Positions 27,953 through 37,630 are shown, counted from the stretch's first letter. The stretch is 64,000 nt of DNA from a bacterium (GCA_030697645.1 JAUYPI010000004.1:1141-65140); one strand, 5' to 3'. Notes: generated by a model not told the origin, from the sequence alone. Made by a program: numbers and translations.

Positions 27953-28052
27953 ATTTGCAATAATGATGCGGTCGCATAATTATTGCAAATCCCCCAACAA
28001 TGCAGGATCGGGAAATTTACAATAATTTACGATCGTGAATTATTGTAAATTT
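27953..28052. repeat. Two AT-rich palindromes
   Basis: atttgcaataat-gatgcggtcgcata-attattgcaaat and aatttacaataattt-acgatcgt-gaattattgtaaatt. Confidence 0.7.
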
Positions 28053-28154
28053 TATATGGTATCAGCGCAGGTGGTTCATGTGGGCCACGTTGGGGGAGCG
28101 AGCGTTTTCGTATTTTGAACAAGCGCTTTCACATGGTAGCATGCGAGGTACCCT

Positions 28155-28811
28155 ATGCACGCGGTAGACACCATTTTTTTTGTCGTGGTACTCATTATGT
28201 CTGTTGTCGTGCACGAGGTGGCGCACGGCCATGCGGCGAACATGCTCGGCGATCCCACAGCACGGCTCTCGGGGCGTCTCACGCTAAACCCGCTCTTGCA
28301 CATCGACCCCATGGGTTCGATCATTATCCCGCTGCTCCTCATCACGACGAACGCGGGTTTCCTCTTCGGCTGGGCGAAACCGGTGCCGTACAATCCATAC
28401 AACCTCCGTAACCAGCGGTGGGGGACGCTTCTCGTCGGCGGCGCGGGCGTTCTCGCGAATTTTTTCCTCGCGCTCGTATTCGGGCTCCTCGTGCGTTTCT
28501 CTGGCCTCGGCCCGGAGCAGCTGCTTGCTTCAACATTTTTCCGCGCTGCAATCATAATCACTGGTCTCAACATGGTGCTCGGCGTCTTCAACCTGATCCC
28601 CGTGCCGCCGCTTGACGGCTCGAAAGTGCTTTTTTCGCTCTTGCCGTATCATTTGTCGCACATTGAGCGTCTGCTCGAGCAGTACTGGTACCTCTTCCTC
28701 ATCCCCGTTTTTTTATTCGCTGGCTTTATCATCGTGCCGGCGGTGAACGCCGTGTTTTCCCTCATCACGGGTTACTCGCTCGGCCTCTACGTGCTGGCGT
28801 TGCCATTCTAA
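28155..28811 (+). CDS. Site-2 protease (M50, YwhC-like)
   Basis: HEVAH, GRLTLNPL.HIDP, GWAKPVP, FNLIPVPPLDG. Confidence 0.93.
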   Translation: MHAVDTIFFVVVLIMSVVVHEVAHGHAANMLGDPTARLSGRLTLNPLLHIDPMGSIIIPLLLITTNAGFLFGWAKPVPYNPYNLRNQRWGTLLVGGAGVLANFFLALVFGLLVRFSGLGPEQLLASTFFRAAIIITGLNMVLGVFNLIPVPPLDGSKVLFSLLPYHLSHIERLLEQYWYLFLIPVFLFAGFIIVPAVNAVFSLITGYSLGLYVLALPF

Positions 28812-28876
28812 CGGGCAGTACGCAACATGCGACAAGCAGACGCTCCCGACATACGGTGTCATACGCAGCAAAAAAT

Positions 28877-28905
28877 TTGACAGAATAAAAACTTGTGCAT
28901 ACTAT
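28877..28905 (+). promoter_or_regulatory. Sigma70 promoter
   Basis: TTGACA-17 nt-TACTAT. Confidence 0.7.
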
Positions 28906-29078
28906 ACTGGAACGCAGTTGAAAATTCTGGTTTTCTTTGAGTTCAGCTGTGCGGCGAGGTGGTGGTCATAGTCAAAAGGTGCCGCGCGTCGACACTTTCT
29001 GGCTATGACTACTATAGTCAGGCCCCTCAACTCACGGGCAGTGAGAAATTTTTTGGCTAGAAGCCAAGAAAGGATCGC

Positions 29079-29705
29079 GTGATGGCCAAATATCCAAAAA
29101 CTCTTGGACGGATTGAAGCGGTGTGGAATAAGCTCGGTGGCGAAGAAGGCGTGGATCGCTTCCTCCGTGGCGAACTCTCGGTTTCCGAACCGGCGCGTCG
29201 TTGGCGAGAGGAGAACGGCGTCATATCCTTCACAGTGATGAGCGACGGCACGACCGGTCCCCGGTGGATTCCACGCCTGGAAAAAAATGGTTTCCATATT
29301 GGAGATCACGCCAAGAATGTGCTCCGCTCTCTGGATTTCAAGCCGACCTCCGGCGTGACGACCGAGATCGAGGTTCTCAAGGGTATCCTCTTTGATTCCC
29401 CGAGTCGGATCACTTCGAAGATTCGCGCCGAGGCCAGAAGGAGGAATCTCGAGAAGCCGAACGCCGAAGTGGCCTGCCTGATCCGCGAGATGTTCCCGGA
29501 CAAAGAGATTGAAGCCATGGGCCTTTGTTTGATCATGGCTATGCACGAACCCATTAAGGATTCCGATGATGATTTGTTGAGACTCCTTATCTCGAGCAGT
29601 CTCGGCCACGGTGGTCGGTGGCTCGGTGCCCTCGAGGACTGGCCCGACGCCGGGCGGTCTCGTGATAGCGGGCTCGCGTTCGCCAAGTCGTCCACCTCCG
29701 CTTAA
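29079..29705 (+). CDS. Hypothetical protein
   Basis: 208 aa, KLGGEEGVDRFLRGEL N-terminus, SD gaaagga. Confidence 0.7.
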   Translation: MMAKYPKTLGRIEAVWNKLGGEEGVDRFLRGELSVSEPARRWREENGVISFTVMSDGTTGPRWIPRLEKNGFHIGDHAKNVLRSLDFKPTSGVTTEIEVLKGILFDSPSRITSKIRAEARRRNLEKPNAEVACLIREMFPDKEIEAMGLCLIMAMHEPIKDSDDDLLRLLISSSLGHGGRWLGALEDWPDAGRSRDSGLAFAKSSTSA

Positions 29706-29955
29706 GCTATGGTGGGCGAGCACATTGGTTCACAAAACTGAGGCTCTCTCAGCTGCAGTTTTTTCTGTTGGTTTGTGATGAGCACTTAGCCCTGTCCCGA
29801 TCCGTCGTGACAGGGCTAAATTTTTGCATGGAAATGTAGAAAATGATTGTCTGGCGTGGCATCGGACGTTAAACAGGCCCGGCTGCTTGCGCCGTTTCGG
29901 TTCGTATAGTAGAGTAAATGCCACGCGGACACGCGTGTTTTTTTCTTGCATCGCT

Positions 29956-30363
29956 ATGGCAACGCTCAATCAGCTCGTGCGGCACGGAAGGTCGCGCCCG
30001 ATTAGGAAGGTAAAGACTCCGGCGCTCGGCCGTGGGTTTAATACGCTTAAGAATCGCCCTACATTTTACTCGGCACCATTCAAGCGCGGGGTGTGCGTCA
30101 AGGTGACGACGACGAATCCGCGCAAGCCGAACTCGGCGGTTAGGAAGATCGCGCGCGTGCGGCTCACGAACGGCCAGGAGATTACCGCCTATATCCCCGG
30201 CATCGGGCACAAGCTCCAGGAGCACTCGGTGGTGGTGGTGCGCGGCGGACGCGTGAAAGACATCAACGTGCGCTATACGATCGTGCGCGGCGTGCTTGAT
30301 AGCGAGGCGGTCGAGACCCGCAGGCAGGGGAGGAGCAGGTATGGGGCGAAAAGACCGAAATAA
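29956..30363 (+). CDS. rpsL: 30S ribosomal protein S12
   Basis: [32 protein letters not shown]. Confidence 0.97.
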   Translation: MATLNQLVRHGRSRPIRKVKTPALGRGFNTLKNRPTFYSAPFKRGVCVKVTTTNPRKPNSAVRKIARVRLTNGQEITAYIPGIGHKLQEHSVVVVRGGRVKDINVRYTIVRGVLDSEAVETRRQGRSRYGAKRPK

Positions 30364-30367
30364 GTTA

Positions 30368-30542
30368 AATTCGAATATCGAAGCACGAACGTGACGAAAT
30401 CCGAAATTCGAATATCGAAATTCGAAACAATATCGAAATCTAAATGTTCCAATGTTCAAAACACGGTCGTCGTGTTTTCTGGCATTTGGATTTTGGTCAT
30501 TCGAATTTGTTTCGGATTTCGATCTTCTGGTTTCTGATTTAA
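30368..30542. repeat. 7-mer-periodic palindrome between rpsL and rpsG
   Basis: cgaaatccgaaattcgaatatcgaaa...ttcggatttcga; reverse-related copy at 40909-41058. Confidence 0.8.
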
Positions 30543-30545
30543 AAT

Positions 30546-31016
30546 ATGAGACGCAAACTCAAAAAGAAACATGCGCTGGTGCCCGACCTTGAGTATAAAT
30601 CGGAGAAGGTAGCGAAGCTCATCAACGTGGTGATGGAGTGCGGGAAGAAAAATACCGCGCGGCGGGTTGTCTATGACGCCTTCGCGCGCATGAAAGAGCG
30701 CGGCAAGGCTGAGAACCCCCTGGAGGCATTTGAGACTGCGGTGCGCAATGTGGGACCGACGGTTGAGGTGCGCTCGCGCCGTGTCGGCGGCGCGAACTAT
30801 CAGGTACCGCGCGAGGTGCGGCCGAATCGTCGGCTGCAGCTCGCGCTCCGCTGGATTGTGCAGGCAGCGCGTTCCGGTAAAGGCCGCCCCATGTCGGAGA
30901 AGCTCGCGGATGAACTCCTCGCTGCCTCGCGCAATGAAGGCGAGGCCGCAAAGAAGCGCGAGAACGTGCACCGAATGGCCGAGGCGAACAAGGCATTTGC
31001 GCATTTCTCGTGGTAG
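30546..31016 (+). CDS. rpsG: 30S ribosomal protein S7
   Basis: VRSRRVGGANYQVP, HRMAEANKAFAHF. Confidence 0.98.
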   Translation: MRRKLKKKHALVPDLEYKSEKVAKLINVVMECGKKNTARRVVYDAFARMKERGKAENPLEAFETAVRNVGPTVEVRSRRVGGANYQVPREVRPNRRLQLALRWIVQAARSGKGRPMSEKLADELLAASRNEGEAAKKRENVHRMAEANKAFAHFSW

Positions 31017-31025
31017 CATGAGCCC

Positions 31026-31175
31026 ATGCTCTTCAACCGCACCGCGCTCGGCTTTATCGTGGGTTTTAGCGCTGTCATCGCGCTGAGTTTCGCTTTGATG
31101 GTGTTTGCCGGAAGACAGGCAGCAGATAAAGAAACGGCCGCACGTGCCGCATCCGAACTCGAAAGCAGACGTTGA
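31026..31175 (+). CDS. Small single-TM protein (49 aa, not in the ORF track)
   Basis: MLFNRTALGFIVGFSAVIALSFALMVFAGRQAADKETAARAASELESRR. Confidence 0.5.
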   Translation: MLFNRTALGFIVGFSAVIALSFALMVFAGRQAADKETAARAASELESRR

Positions 31176-31219
31176 CATTTATTCGCGGCTCGTGTAGGGT
31201 CTTTATCATAAGATAGAGG

Positions 31220-31442
31220 CCGAAGAAGCAGATAGGCCGCAGCGCGCCGTGCTCGGCGCGAAATTTTCAATTTTCAATTTTCAATTTTCAATCAATGGCC
31301 AATGTTCCAATTTCCAAACACGACGTCGCCGTCCGTCGTTTGAAAATTGCCTCATTGAAAATGTATTGAAAATTGAAAATTGGAAATTGAAAATTCCCGC
31401 TGTGTCGAGCTCAGCGAGATGCAGTCATAAATTCTGCGGAGG
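31220..31442 (+). promoter_or_regulatory. Ribosomal protein L10 leader with an inserted palindrome
   Basis: CCGAAGAAGCAGA...TAAATTCTGCGGAGG halves resemble the L10 leader; promoter TTGACA-17-TAGGGT at 31172-31200. Confidence 0.65.
31261..31395. repeat. 7-mer-periodic palindrome (AATTTTC arms)
   Basis: aattttcaattttcaattttc...aaacacgac...gaaaattgaaaatt. Confidence 0.85.
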
Positions 31443-31522
31443 CACAGGCATCGCGGATTTTTTGCGTGCCCGTACCGATCGGCCCGTGCGGTCGATTTAT
31501 TTTTTGTCTTGTAGCGTTTGAT

Positions 31523-32011
31523 ATGGTTTTGACGCGAGAAAAGAAACAGCGCATTGTAAGCGAGCTTGATGGGATACTCACAAGCGCCACGGCGCTCGTG
31601 TTCGTGAGGTTCCATGGTCTCTCGCTCGCAGATACGACTTCAATGCGGCGGACGCTGCGTGAGAAGGGTGTCGGCTTTCACGTTGCGAAAAAGACGCTGA
31701 TGCACCGCGCACTTCGCGGACGTGAAGTTCACGGCGTATCCCCCGAGCTTCCCGGGGAGGTTGCCATCGCGTATGCCGAGGACGCACTGGCATCCGCGCG
31801 GGAGGTGCACGCTTTCTCTAGGAAGTTCAAGGACGCGCTTACGATCCTCGGCGGCGTGTTCGAAGGGCGATACATCGATCGTGCGGCGGCGCTTGAACTT
31901 GCGACAATTCCATCTCGAGAAACGCTGATCGCGCAGGTCGTACAGCTCATCAATTCACCGCTCTCGCGGCTTGCGGTCGTGGTTGATCAGATAGCAAAGA
32001 GTAGAGAATAA
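31523..32011 (+). CDS. rplJ: 50S ribosomal protein L10
   Basis: LTREKK, VAKKTL, LATIPSRETL; upstream of rplL. Confidence 0.93.
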   Translation: MVLTREKKQRIVSELDGILTSATALVFVRFHGLSLADTTSMRRTLREKGVGFHVAKKTLMHRALRGREVHGVSPELPGEVAIAYAEDALASAREVHAFSRKFKDALTILGGVFEGRYIDRAAALELATIPSRETLIAQVVQLINSPLSRLAVVVDQIAKSRE

Positions 32012-32077
32012 ATTTATCAGCAGTACTTTTTACCGCTCTATAAAATTTATTAGAGATCAGTACATAAACAGGCGTAA

Positions 32078-32198
32078 GAATTTTCAATTTTCAATCAATG
32101 ACCAATGTTCTAATTTCAAACACGACCACGACGTCCGTCGTTTGAAAATTGTCTCATTGAAAATGTATTGAAAATTGAAAATTGAAAATTGAAAATTT
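32078..32198. repeat. 7-mer-periodic palindrome between rplJ and rplL
   Basis: Close relative of the 31261 copy. Confidence 0.85.
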
Positions 32199-32213
32199 GA
32201 ATGCTGCATTATT

Positions 32214-32618
32214 ATGCCAGAAGAACAAAATACAACAGAAGTCCCTGTGAAATTCCAGGGGTTCGTCGATCAAATAAAAGGCCTGTCCGTCCTCGAGCTT
32301 CACGAACTCGTGAAGACGCTCGAAGGGGTTTTCGGCGTCTCCGCTGCGGCAGTAGCTGTCGCGGCTTCGGGTGCCGGATCTCTCGAGGGCGAGGCAGTCG
32401 AACAAAAGAGCATCTTTACGGTTGAGCTCACGGAGGCGGGTGGCCAGAAGATCGCTGTGATCAAAGCGGTGAAGGAGGCACTCGGCCTTGGTCTCAAGGA
32501 GGCGAAAGACTTGGTGGAGGGAGCGCCTTCCGAGCTTAAGAAAGACGTGAAGAAAGAAGATGCGGAGAAACTGAAGGCAAAGATTGAAGCTGCGGGGGCG
32601 AAAGTAACTTTAAAGTAG
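32214..32618 (+). CDS. rplL: 50S ribosomal protein L7/L12
   Basis: [31 protein letters not shown]. Confidence 0.97.
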   Translation: MPEEQNTTEVPVKFQGFVDQIKGLSVLELHELVKTLEGVFGVSAAAVAVAASGAGSLEGEAVEQKSIFTVELTEAGGQKIAVIKAVKEALGLGLKEAKDLVEGAPSELKKDVKKEDAEKLKAKIEAAGAKVTLK

Positions 32619-32750
32619 TGCCGTGTCTTGTTTGTTGGCGACGATAATAGTTCATGGATAGTCTTAAGTGTTGTCGGATATCAGGTGACACGAGACGTAC
32701 TGCGCGTGCTCGGCCTTGAGCAAACACACGATTGGGGCTACAATTGTCCG

Positions 32751-33377
32751 ATGGATGTATTTGCAAAACTTTTCGGCAGCGCGGCGAAGGTGCGCATACT
32801 GCGCCTTTTTCTTCTCAACCCTTCGGGAGTGTTCGATATGGCGGCAATTGCGGAGCGCACGAAAGTGCCGCCTTTGACCGCGCGCCGTGAGATTAGTACC
32901 CTCGAGAGTATTGGTTTTCTGCGGAGCCGAACGTATGCTGAAGCGCGCCGGGCCGAGAGTCGCGGCTCCCACGCGAGACGCCGCATGCGTGGCTGGATAC
33001 TCGATGAGCGCTTCCCGCACCGCCCGGCGCTTGAGGCGCTTTTCCTCGGCATGGTGCCGCTCGCGCGGGAGGAAATCGTCCGCCGATTGAGCCGCGCCGG
33101 ACGGCTTAAGCTCATCGTCACGGCGGGCGTGTTTCTCCAGGACCACGACAGCAGGCTCGATCTCCTCGTCGTGGGGGATGGACTCAGGGGCGGGATGCTC
33201 GAGAGCGCCATACATTTTCTTGAGGCGGATATCGGACGCGAGCTTCGGTACGCGTCGTTTAATACGTCGCAATTCAAGTATCGGCTCGGAATGTACGATC
33301 GTCTCGTGCGCGACCTCTTGGACTACCCGCATGAAATAGTGCTCGACCGTCTTGGGCTTGCCGACAAGCGTAGTTGA
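32751..33377 (+). CDS. wHTH plus nucleotidyltransferase-like fold protein
   Basis: LFGSAAKVRILRLFLLNP HTH; GVF...DSRLDLLVVGD; TACAAT lies 6 nt before the ATG. Confidence 0.7.
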   Translation: MDVFAKLFGSAAKVRILRLFLLNPSGVFDMAAIAERTKVPPLTARREISTLESIGFLRSRTYAEARRAESRGSHARRRMRGWILDERFPHRPALEALFLGMVPLAREEIVRRLSRAGRLKLIVTAGVFLQDHDSRLDLLVVGDGLRGGMLESAIHFLEADIGRELRYASFNTSQFKYRLGMYDRLVRDLLDYPHEIVLDRLGLADKRS

Positions 33378-33561
33378 TGCAAGCTGGCGCAATTCCGAAT
33401 TTCTAATCTCTAATTTCGGATTCATGGAAATCGGAAATCAGGAGTTAGCCGCTCGAAATTGCGCTCGCTTTATCCACAGGGAGGATTCGCTATTTGACAT
33501 ACCCCTTATGGTATTATGAATCTGATTAATCAATAGGTCACATTATTCATCTTTATTTATT

Positions 33562-33738
33562 AGACCTCTTCGGAAATTCCTTTCTGCTGCAATTTCTGAT
33601 TTCTGGCTGCGACTTCGGAAAGTATCGCAAAATGATTCTCGTCGTACAACAAGTACGCCGTCGAATCATTTCGCTCACTTTCCTCGTCTCGCTCAAAAAT
33701 CAGAAATTTCGCCACGAAAGGAATTTCCGAAGAGGTCT
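33562..33738 (+). mobile_element. 177-bp fold-back MITE, copy 3 (variant TIR)
   Basis: AGACCTCTTCGGAAATTCCTTTC...GAAAGGAATTTCCGAAGAGGTCT; ATT/ATT flanks. Confidence 0.85.
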
Positions 33739-33753
33739 ATTCCAATCAAATTT

Positions 33754-34455
33754 ATGATACTCGAATCGTGGAGTACGGTACTGACCCGCTCTTTTCAGGA
33801 TCTCTCGAGCGGGGTTATTAAGTTCTTGCCGGTGCTCGTTGTGGCGCTGGTTGTCTTTATCGTCGGCTGGGTGGTCGGTGTTGTTTTGGGCAAGGCCGTT
33901 GCCCAGCTCGTTCGGGCGCTGAAGGTTGATAATGCGCTTCGGAGCGCGGGGGTCGAGGAGGGTCTGCGGCGCGCCGGGTTTGCGCTTGATTCAGGCGCGT
34001 TCGTTGGCGGACTCGTCAAGTGGTTTTTGATTATCGTCTTTTTGGTCGCCGCGCTTGATGTTTTGGGGCTTACCCAGGTGAACGCGTTTCTCCAGCAGGT
34101 CGTGCTGCTCTATCTGCCGCAGGTGATTATCGCGGTGCTGATCCTTCTCGTCGCAGCGGTGATAGCTGAGGCCATGCAGAACGTGGTCGTTGGTGCGGCG
34201 AAGGCTGCGAGCGTGACCCACGCACATTTTCTCGGGAGCGTCACGCGCTGGGCAATCTGGGTGTTTGCGATCCTCACCGCGCTCTTTCAGCTCGGCGTCG
34301 CGCAGCCGTTCGTGCAGACGCTCTTTACCGGAGTGGTGATCGCGCTCTCACTTGCGGTCGGACTCTCTTTCGGCCTCGGCGGCCAGCAAGCGGCGTCAGA
34401 GTATATCGACAAACTCCGCAAAGATTTTTCGCACAAGCGAATGGATGGAGAGTAG
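33754..34455 (+). CDS. CmpX-like TM_helix repeat membrane protein (mechanosensitive-channel-related)
   Basis: FLPVLVVAL..FIVGW, YLPQVIIA, GLSFGLGG. Confidence 0.8.
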   Translation: MILESWSTVLTRSFQDLSSGVIKFLPVLVVALVVFIVGWVVGVVLGKAVAQLVRALKVDNALRSAGVEEGLRRAGFALDSGAFVGGLVKWFLIIVFLVAALDVLGLTQVNAFLQQVVLLYLPQVIIAVLILLVAAVIAEAMQNVVVGAAKAASVTHAHFLGSVTRWAIWVFAILTALFQLGVAQPFVQTLFTGVVIALSLAVGLSFGLGGQQAASEYIDKLRKDFSHKRMDGE

Positions 34456-34534
34456 AAGGTGAAGAGTGGAAAGCAGAAGACTCCCCTTGCGTTCGGCATA
34501 CGCATGGTGTATTTTGATGTGTACATTTTGCATT

Positions 34535-34713
34535 AGACTTCTTGCATAACCCGTTTCGTGGCGAGATTTTTGATTTTTGAGCGAGACGAGGAAGACAAGC
34601 AAAATGGTTCGACGGCGTTACTCGGTTGTACGGCGAGAACCATTTTGTGAAGTCTGACGAAGTCGCAGCCAAAAATCAAAAATCGCAGCAGGAGCGGGTT
34701 ATGCAAGATGTCT
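34535..34713 (-). mobile_element. Fold-back MITE, copy 4 (179 bp, reverse orientation)
   Basis: Reverse complement of copy 2 with a small loop insertion; flanks ATT/ATA. Confidence 0.85.
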
Positions 34714-34725
34714 ATACGTTCGATC

Positions 34726-35997
34726 ATGCAAACATTCCTCGCAAAACTCAAACTCATCATTAACGACGCGACGCTCCGGCGCCGGATCATCTTCACGCTC
34801 GCGATGCTCGCGTTGTTCCGACTGTTCGCAATCATCCCGATCCCGGGCATTGACTCGATCGCGCTCGAGCGTTTCTTCTCGCAGAATCAGTTTTTTGGCC
34901 TCATCAACATCTTCACCGGCGGCGGTCTCGACAACCTCTCGATCGTGATGCTCGGCGTCGGCCCCTACATCACCGCCTCGATCATCATGCAGCTTCTCAC
35001 CATGATGTCGCCGCGCTTGAAGGCCCTCTACCACGAGGAGGGTGAGGCCGGGAGGCGGCGCTTCAGCCAGTACTCGCGGCTCATCACGGTGCCGCTCGCG
35101 CTCCTCCAGGGCTTCGGCTTCCTCATCCTCCTTGAGCGCCAGGGCGTTGTCACAGCGCTCGGCACGTTCGAGCTCATCTCAAACGTGATCCTGATTGCCG
35201 CGGGCTCGATGCTCCTCATGTGGATCGGAGAGCTTATTACCGAGTTCGGGATCGGAAACGGCGTCTCGCTTATCATCTTTGCCGGTATCATCTCGCGGAT
35301 CCCCGCAGTCGGCTCACAGCTGATCTTCACCTTCGAGCCATCACAGCTGCCGCTCTATGCGGGGTCGCTCGTTGCGGCGCTCGCGATCATCGCAGGCATC
35401 ATCGCGGTGACCGAGGCTGAGCGGCCGGTGCCGATTACCTATGCGAAAAGAGTGCGCGGCGCGAAAATCTACGGGGGTGTTTCGACGTATCTTCCTCTGC
35501 GGCTCAATCAGGCCGGGGTTATCCCGATCATCTTCGCGCTCTCGATCCTCCTCTTCCCGCAGATGATTGCAAACTTCCTCTCGCAGGTGGATCAGCCGCT
35601 CGTACAGACGATCTCGCGGTTTATCGTCGATGCGCTTGCGCAGCCGGTGCTCTACGGGGTGATGTACTTCATTCTCGTCTTTCTCTTTACCTTCTTCTAC
35701 ACCGCGATTACCTTCGAGCCGGAGGCGATCGCACAGAACTTACAGAAAGGCGGCGCGTTCATACCGGGGGTGCGGCCCGGGCCGCCGACTGCAGCGCACC
35801 TCGGCAAGGTCGTAACGCGGATTACTCTCGTCGGCGCGCTTTTTCTCGGCGTCGTTGCGGTGCTCCCTCTTCTGATGCGGGCTATAACGGGCATCGCTTC
35901 TCTTGCGATCGGCGGGACCGCCGTCATCATCGTCGTGCAGGTCGTCCTCGACCTCGCCCGAAAACTCGACGCGCAGATCGCGATGCGGGAGTACTAA
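34726..35997 (+). CDS. secY: Preprotein translocase SecY
   Basis: LGVGPYITASII, GIGNGVSLIIF, AGVIPIIFA, FIPGVRPG. Confidence 0.98.
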   Translation: MQTFLAKLKLIINDATLRRRIIFTLAMLALFRLFAIIPIPGIDSIALERFFSQNQFFGLINIFTGGGLDNLSIVMLGVGPYITASIIMQLLTMMSPRLKALYHEEGEAGRRRFSQYSRLITVPLALLQGFGFLILLERQGVVTALGTFELISNVILIAAGSMLLMWIGELITEFGIGNGVSLIIFAGIISRIPAVGSQLIFTFEPSQLPLYAGSLVAALAIIAGIIAVTEAERPVPITYAKRVRGAKIYGGVSTYLPLRLNQAGVIPIIFALSILLFPQMIANFLSQVDQPLVQTISRFIVDALAQPVLYGVMYFILVFLFTFFYTAITFEPEAIAQNLQKGGAFIPGVRPGPPTAAHLGKVVTRITLVGALFLGVVAVLPLLMRAITGIASLAIGGTAVIIVVQVVLDLARKLDAQIAMREY

Positions 35998-36013
35998 TGC
36001 TCGGTGCTAAAAA

Positions 36014-36087
36014 AGTGGACATCGAAAGTGGACAAAAAGTGGACATCCGATGTCCCACATGACGATGTCCCACATGAGTCCCACATG
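36014..36087. repeat. Cluster of GGACATCCGATGTCC-type REP-like palindromes
   Basis: gtggacat.../gatgtcccacatg tandem; family members at 37328-37426, 40882-40905, 45165-45226 and 54041-54060. Confidence 0.7.
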
Positions 36088-36142
36088 AAAAACAGCCCAA
36101 CGCGGTGGTTGGGCTGTTGACTTTTGTGGAAGGGAAAGAACA

Positions 36143-36400
36143 TCAGGGGCAGGGTGCGGTTTCGCTCAACTGTGTAAGGAACTCGCGGGCTTGTTGAACA
36201 CGGCTTTGGTTTGTGGATTTACCGACCATTTCTGGAGCGTGTGTTGACTTTCTCGGGTCGTCTACCTCATCCGCGACCTGTAGAAGCAGCGCCACTAAGT
36301 ATACTTCAGGCTCTTCTTTTGCTTTTTGCCTGAATTTCGCTGAGTGGCGGGCATGAACTCTCTCCATCAAATCCTGCAATACCTCTCGAGATATTTCCAT
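36143..36400 (-). CDS. Hypothetical protein
   Basis: 85 aa, 11 nt downstream of the previous gene on the same strand, with an SD. Confidence 0.55.
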   Translation of the reverse strand: MEISREVLQDLMERVHARHSAKFRQKAKEEPEVYLVALLLQVADEVDDPRKSTHAPEMVGKSTNQSRVQQAREFLTQLSETAPCP

Positions 36401-36411
36401 TGCATTTCCCT

Positions 36412-37233
36412 TTATGCGCTCTCCGTAGTTTCTGATCGCGTCTCTTTAACAATGTTGAGGTTCATGTTAAAGAAGTTTGCTGTCCAAATTTCAACCTCTC
36501 TGCTTTTCGTCGCGATCACATTCTCCCAGAATTTCCGTATGAGGAAACAAAAGACGAACATGCCGGTGTCGTCAACCCATTTCTCCACCTCCTTGGTGAT
36601 GAATTCGTAATGATTGTCAACGAACGCTTTTTTGTGCCTCGGCCATGAGCCATGTACTCTCAAAAACCGCTGCAGCTCTCCCCGCCGCCATGGATACACA
36701 TGATCGAGCCGTCCGTGTTCCGCCATGACCCAGCGAATGATCGCCTGCAACACATCATAACATCCAGACGCTTTCGCTTCTGTCTCGCGTGCGCTTTCCA
36801 TGCGGAAGATGAGCTTCAGGATCTGTGTCCGCTCGTCATCTATTCGTTCAAGGATAGGTAGGTGCTTTTTTTCGGGCGTCTCGTTCAAATATACCCCATC
36901 TACTTCGTACATAGACCACCCCTTGAAGTGTGACTCGTACACGTCAATCCGCTGCCTGGCCTCTTCCACCGAAAAAGTCACTCGTCTCGGCGGTCGTGTG
37001 CGTTCATAGTGCCTCGGGTCAAAAAGCTGCGGGTATTCGCGCATCTCCTCCATGATGGCTTCGGTCCTATCCGGATGGCTTATATATGCCTTTACAAGAT
37101 CCTCATCCAACCCTTCCTTCAGCGCAGCATAAATTTCGCTCTGGTATATGACCCGTTTCGGCAAATGCAGCTCTGCCAGAATTGCCCGGCGGCTGCGAGT
37201 GAATACATACGGCGATATGATGACTTCTGCCAT
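36412..37233 (-). CDS. Hypothetical protein
   Basis: 273 aa, SD GGGGAGGT; no family recognised. Confidence 0.75.
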   Translation of the reverse strand: MAEVIISPYVFTRSRRAILAELHLPKRVIYQSEIYAALKEGLDEDLVKAYISHPDRTEAIMEEMREYPQLFDPRHYERTRPPRRVTFSVEEARQRIDVYESHFKGWSMYEVDGVYLNETPEKKHLPILERIDDERTQILKLIFRMESARETEAKASGCYDVLQAIIRWVMAEHGRLDHVYPWRRGELQRFLRVHGSWPRHKKAFVDNHYEFITKEVEKWVDDTGMFVFCFLIRKFWENVIATKSREVEIWTANFFNMNLNIVKETRSETTESA

Positions 37234-37431
37234 TCGCTACCTCCCCTGATTTTTAACAACGAACATCTTCCTCGGACTCATCCCACGCTGCTTTATATCT
37301 ATGGAAATGTCAAGCTCCGCGGGACTGGCCGATGTGTTGGTCATAAGGATGTCTAACATTATAGCTGGCCGTGTCAGTCATCCGATGTCACACACAGCAG
37401 TTGTGTGTCATCGGACGTCGGACATTGCAGC

Positions 37432-37630
37432 GTTGACAACCACGGCGCGAGCCGTAGACTGAAAACATAAAAAAGTTCTACATCTCTCTCGCCACCCTCT
37501 GTATTTTGTCGGCGGTGTTTGGTATTTGGACAGCGAGCCGCGCGGGTAGCGAAGAGATCAGTGCATGCGTCGGCACCTCTGGCCTCATGCGCTCTCTCGC
37601 GAGCGGCGAGTGCCGTCGCGGAGAAACGGG
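37432..37630 (+). pseudogene. Truncated duplicate of the promoter and 5' end of the gene at 40165
   Basis: Aligns with 40130-40328; ATG changed to ATA; ends at the REP preceding RAYT. Confidence 0.85.

Noticed and set aside
723-33478. DnaA boxes as oriC
   Set aside because: The boxes are single and kilobases apart; no cluster, DUE or dnaA gene is present.
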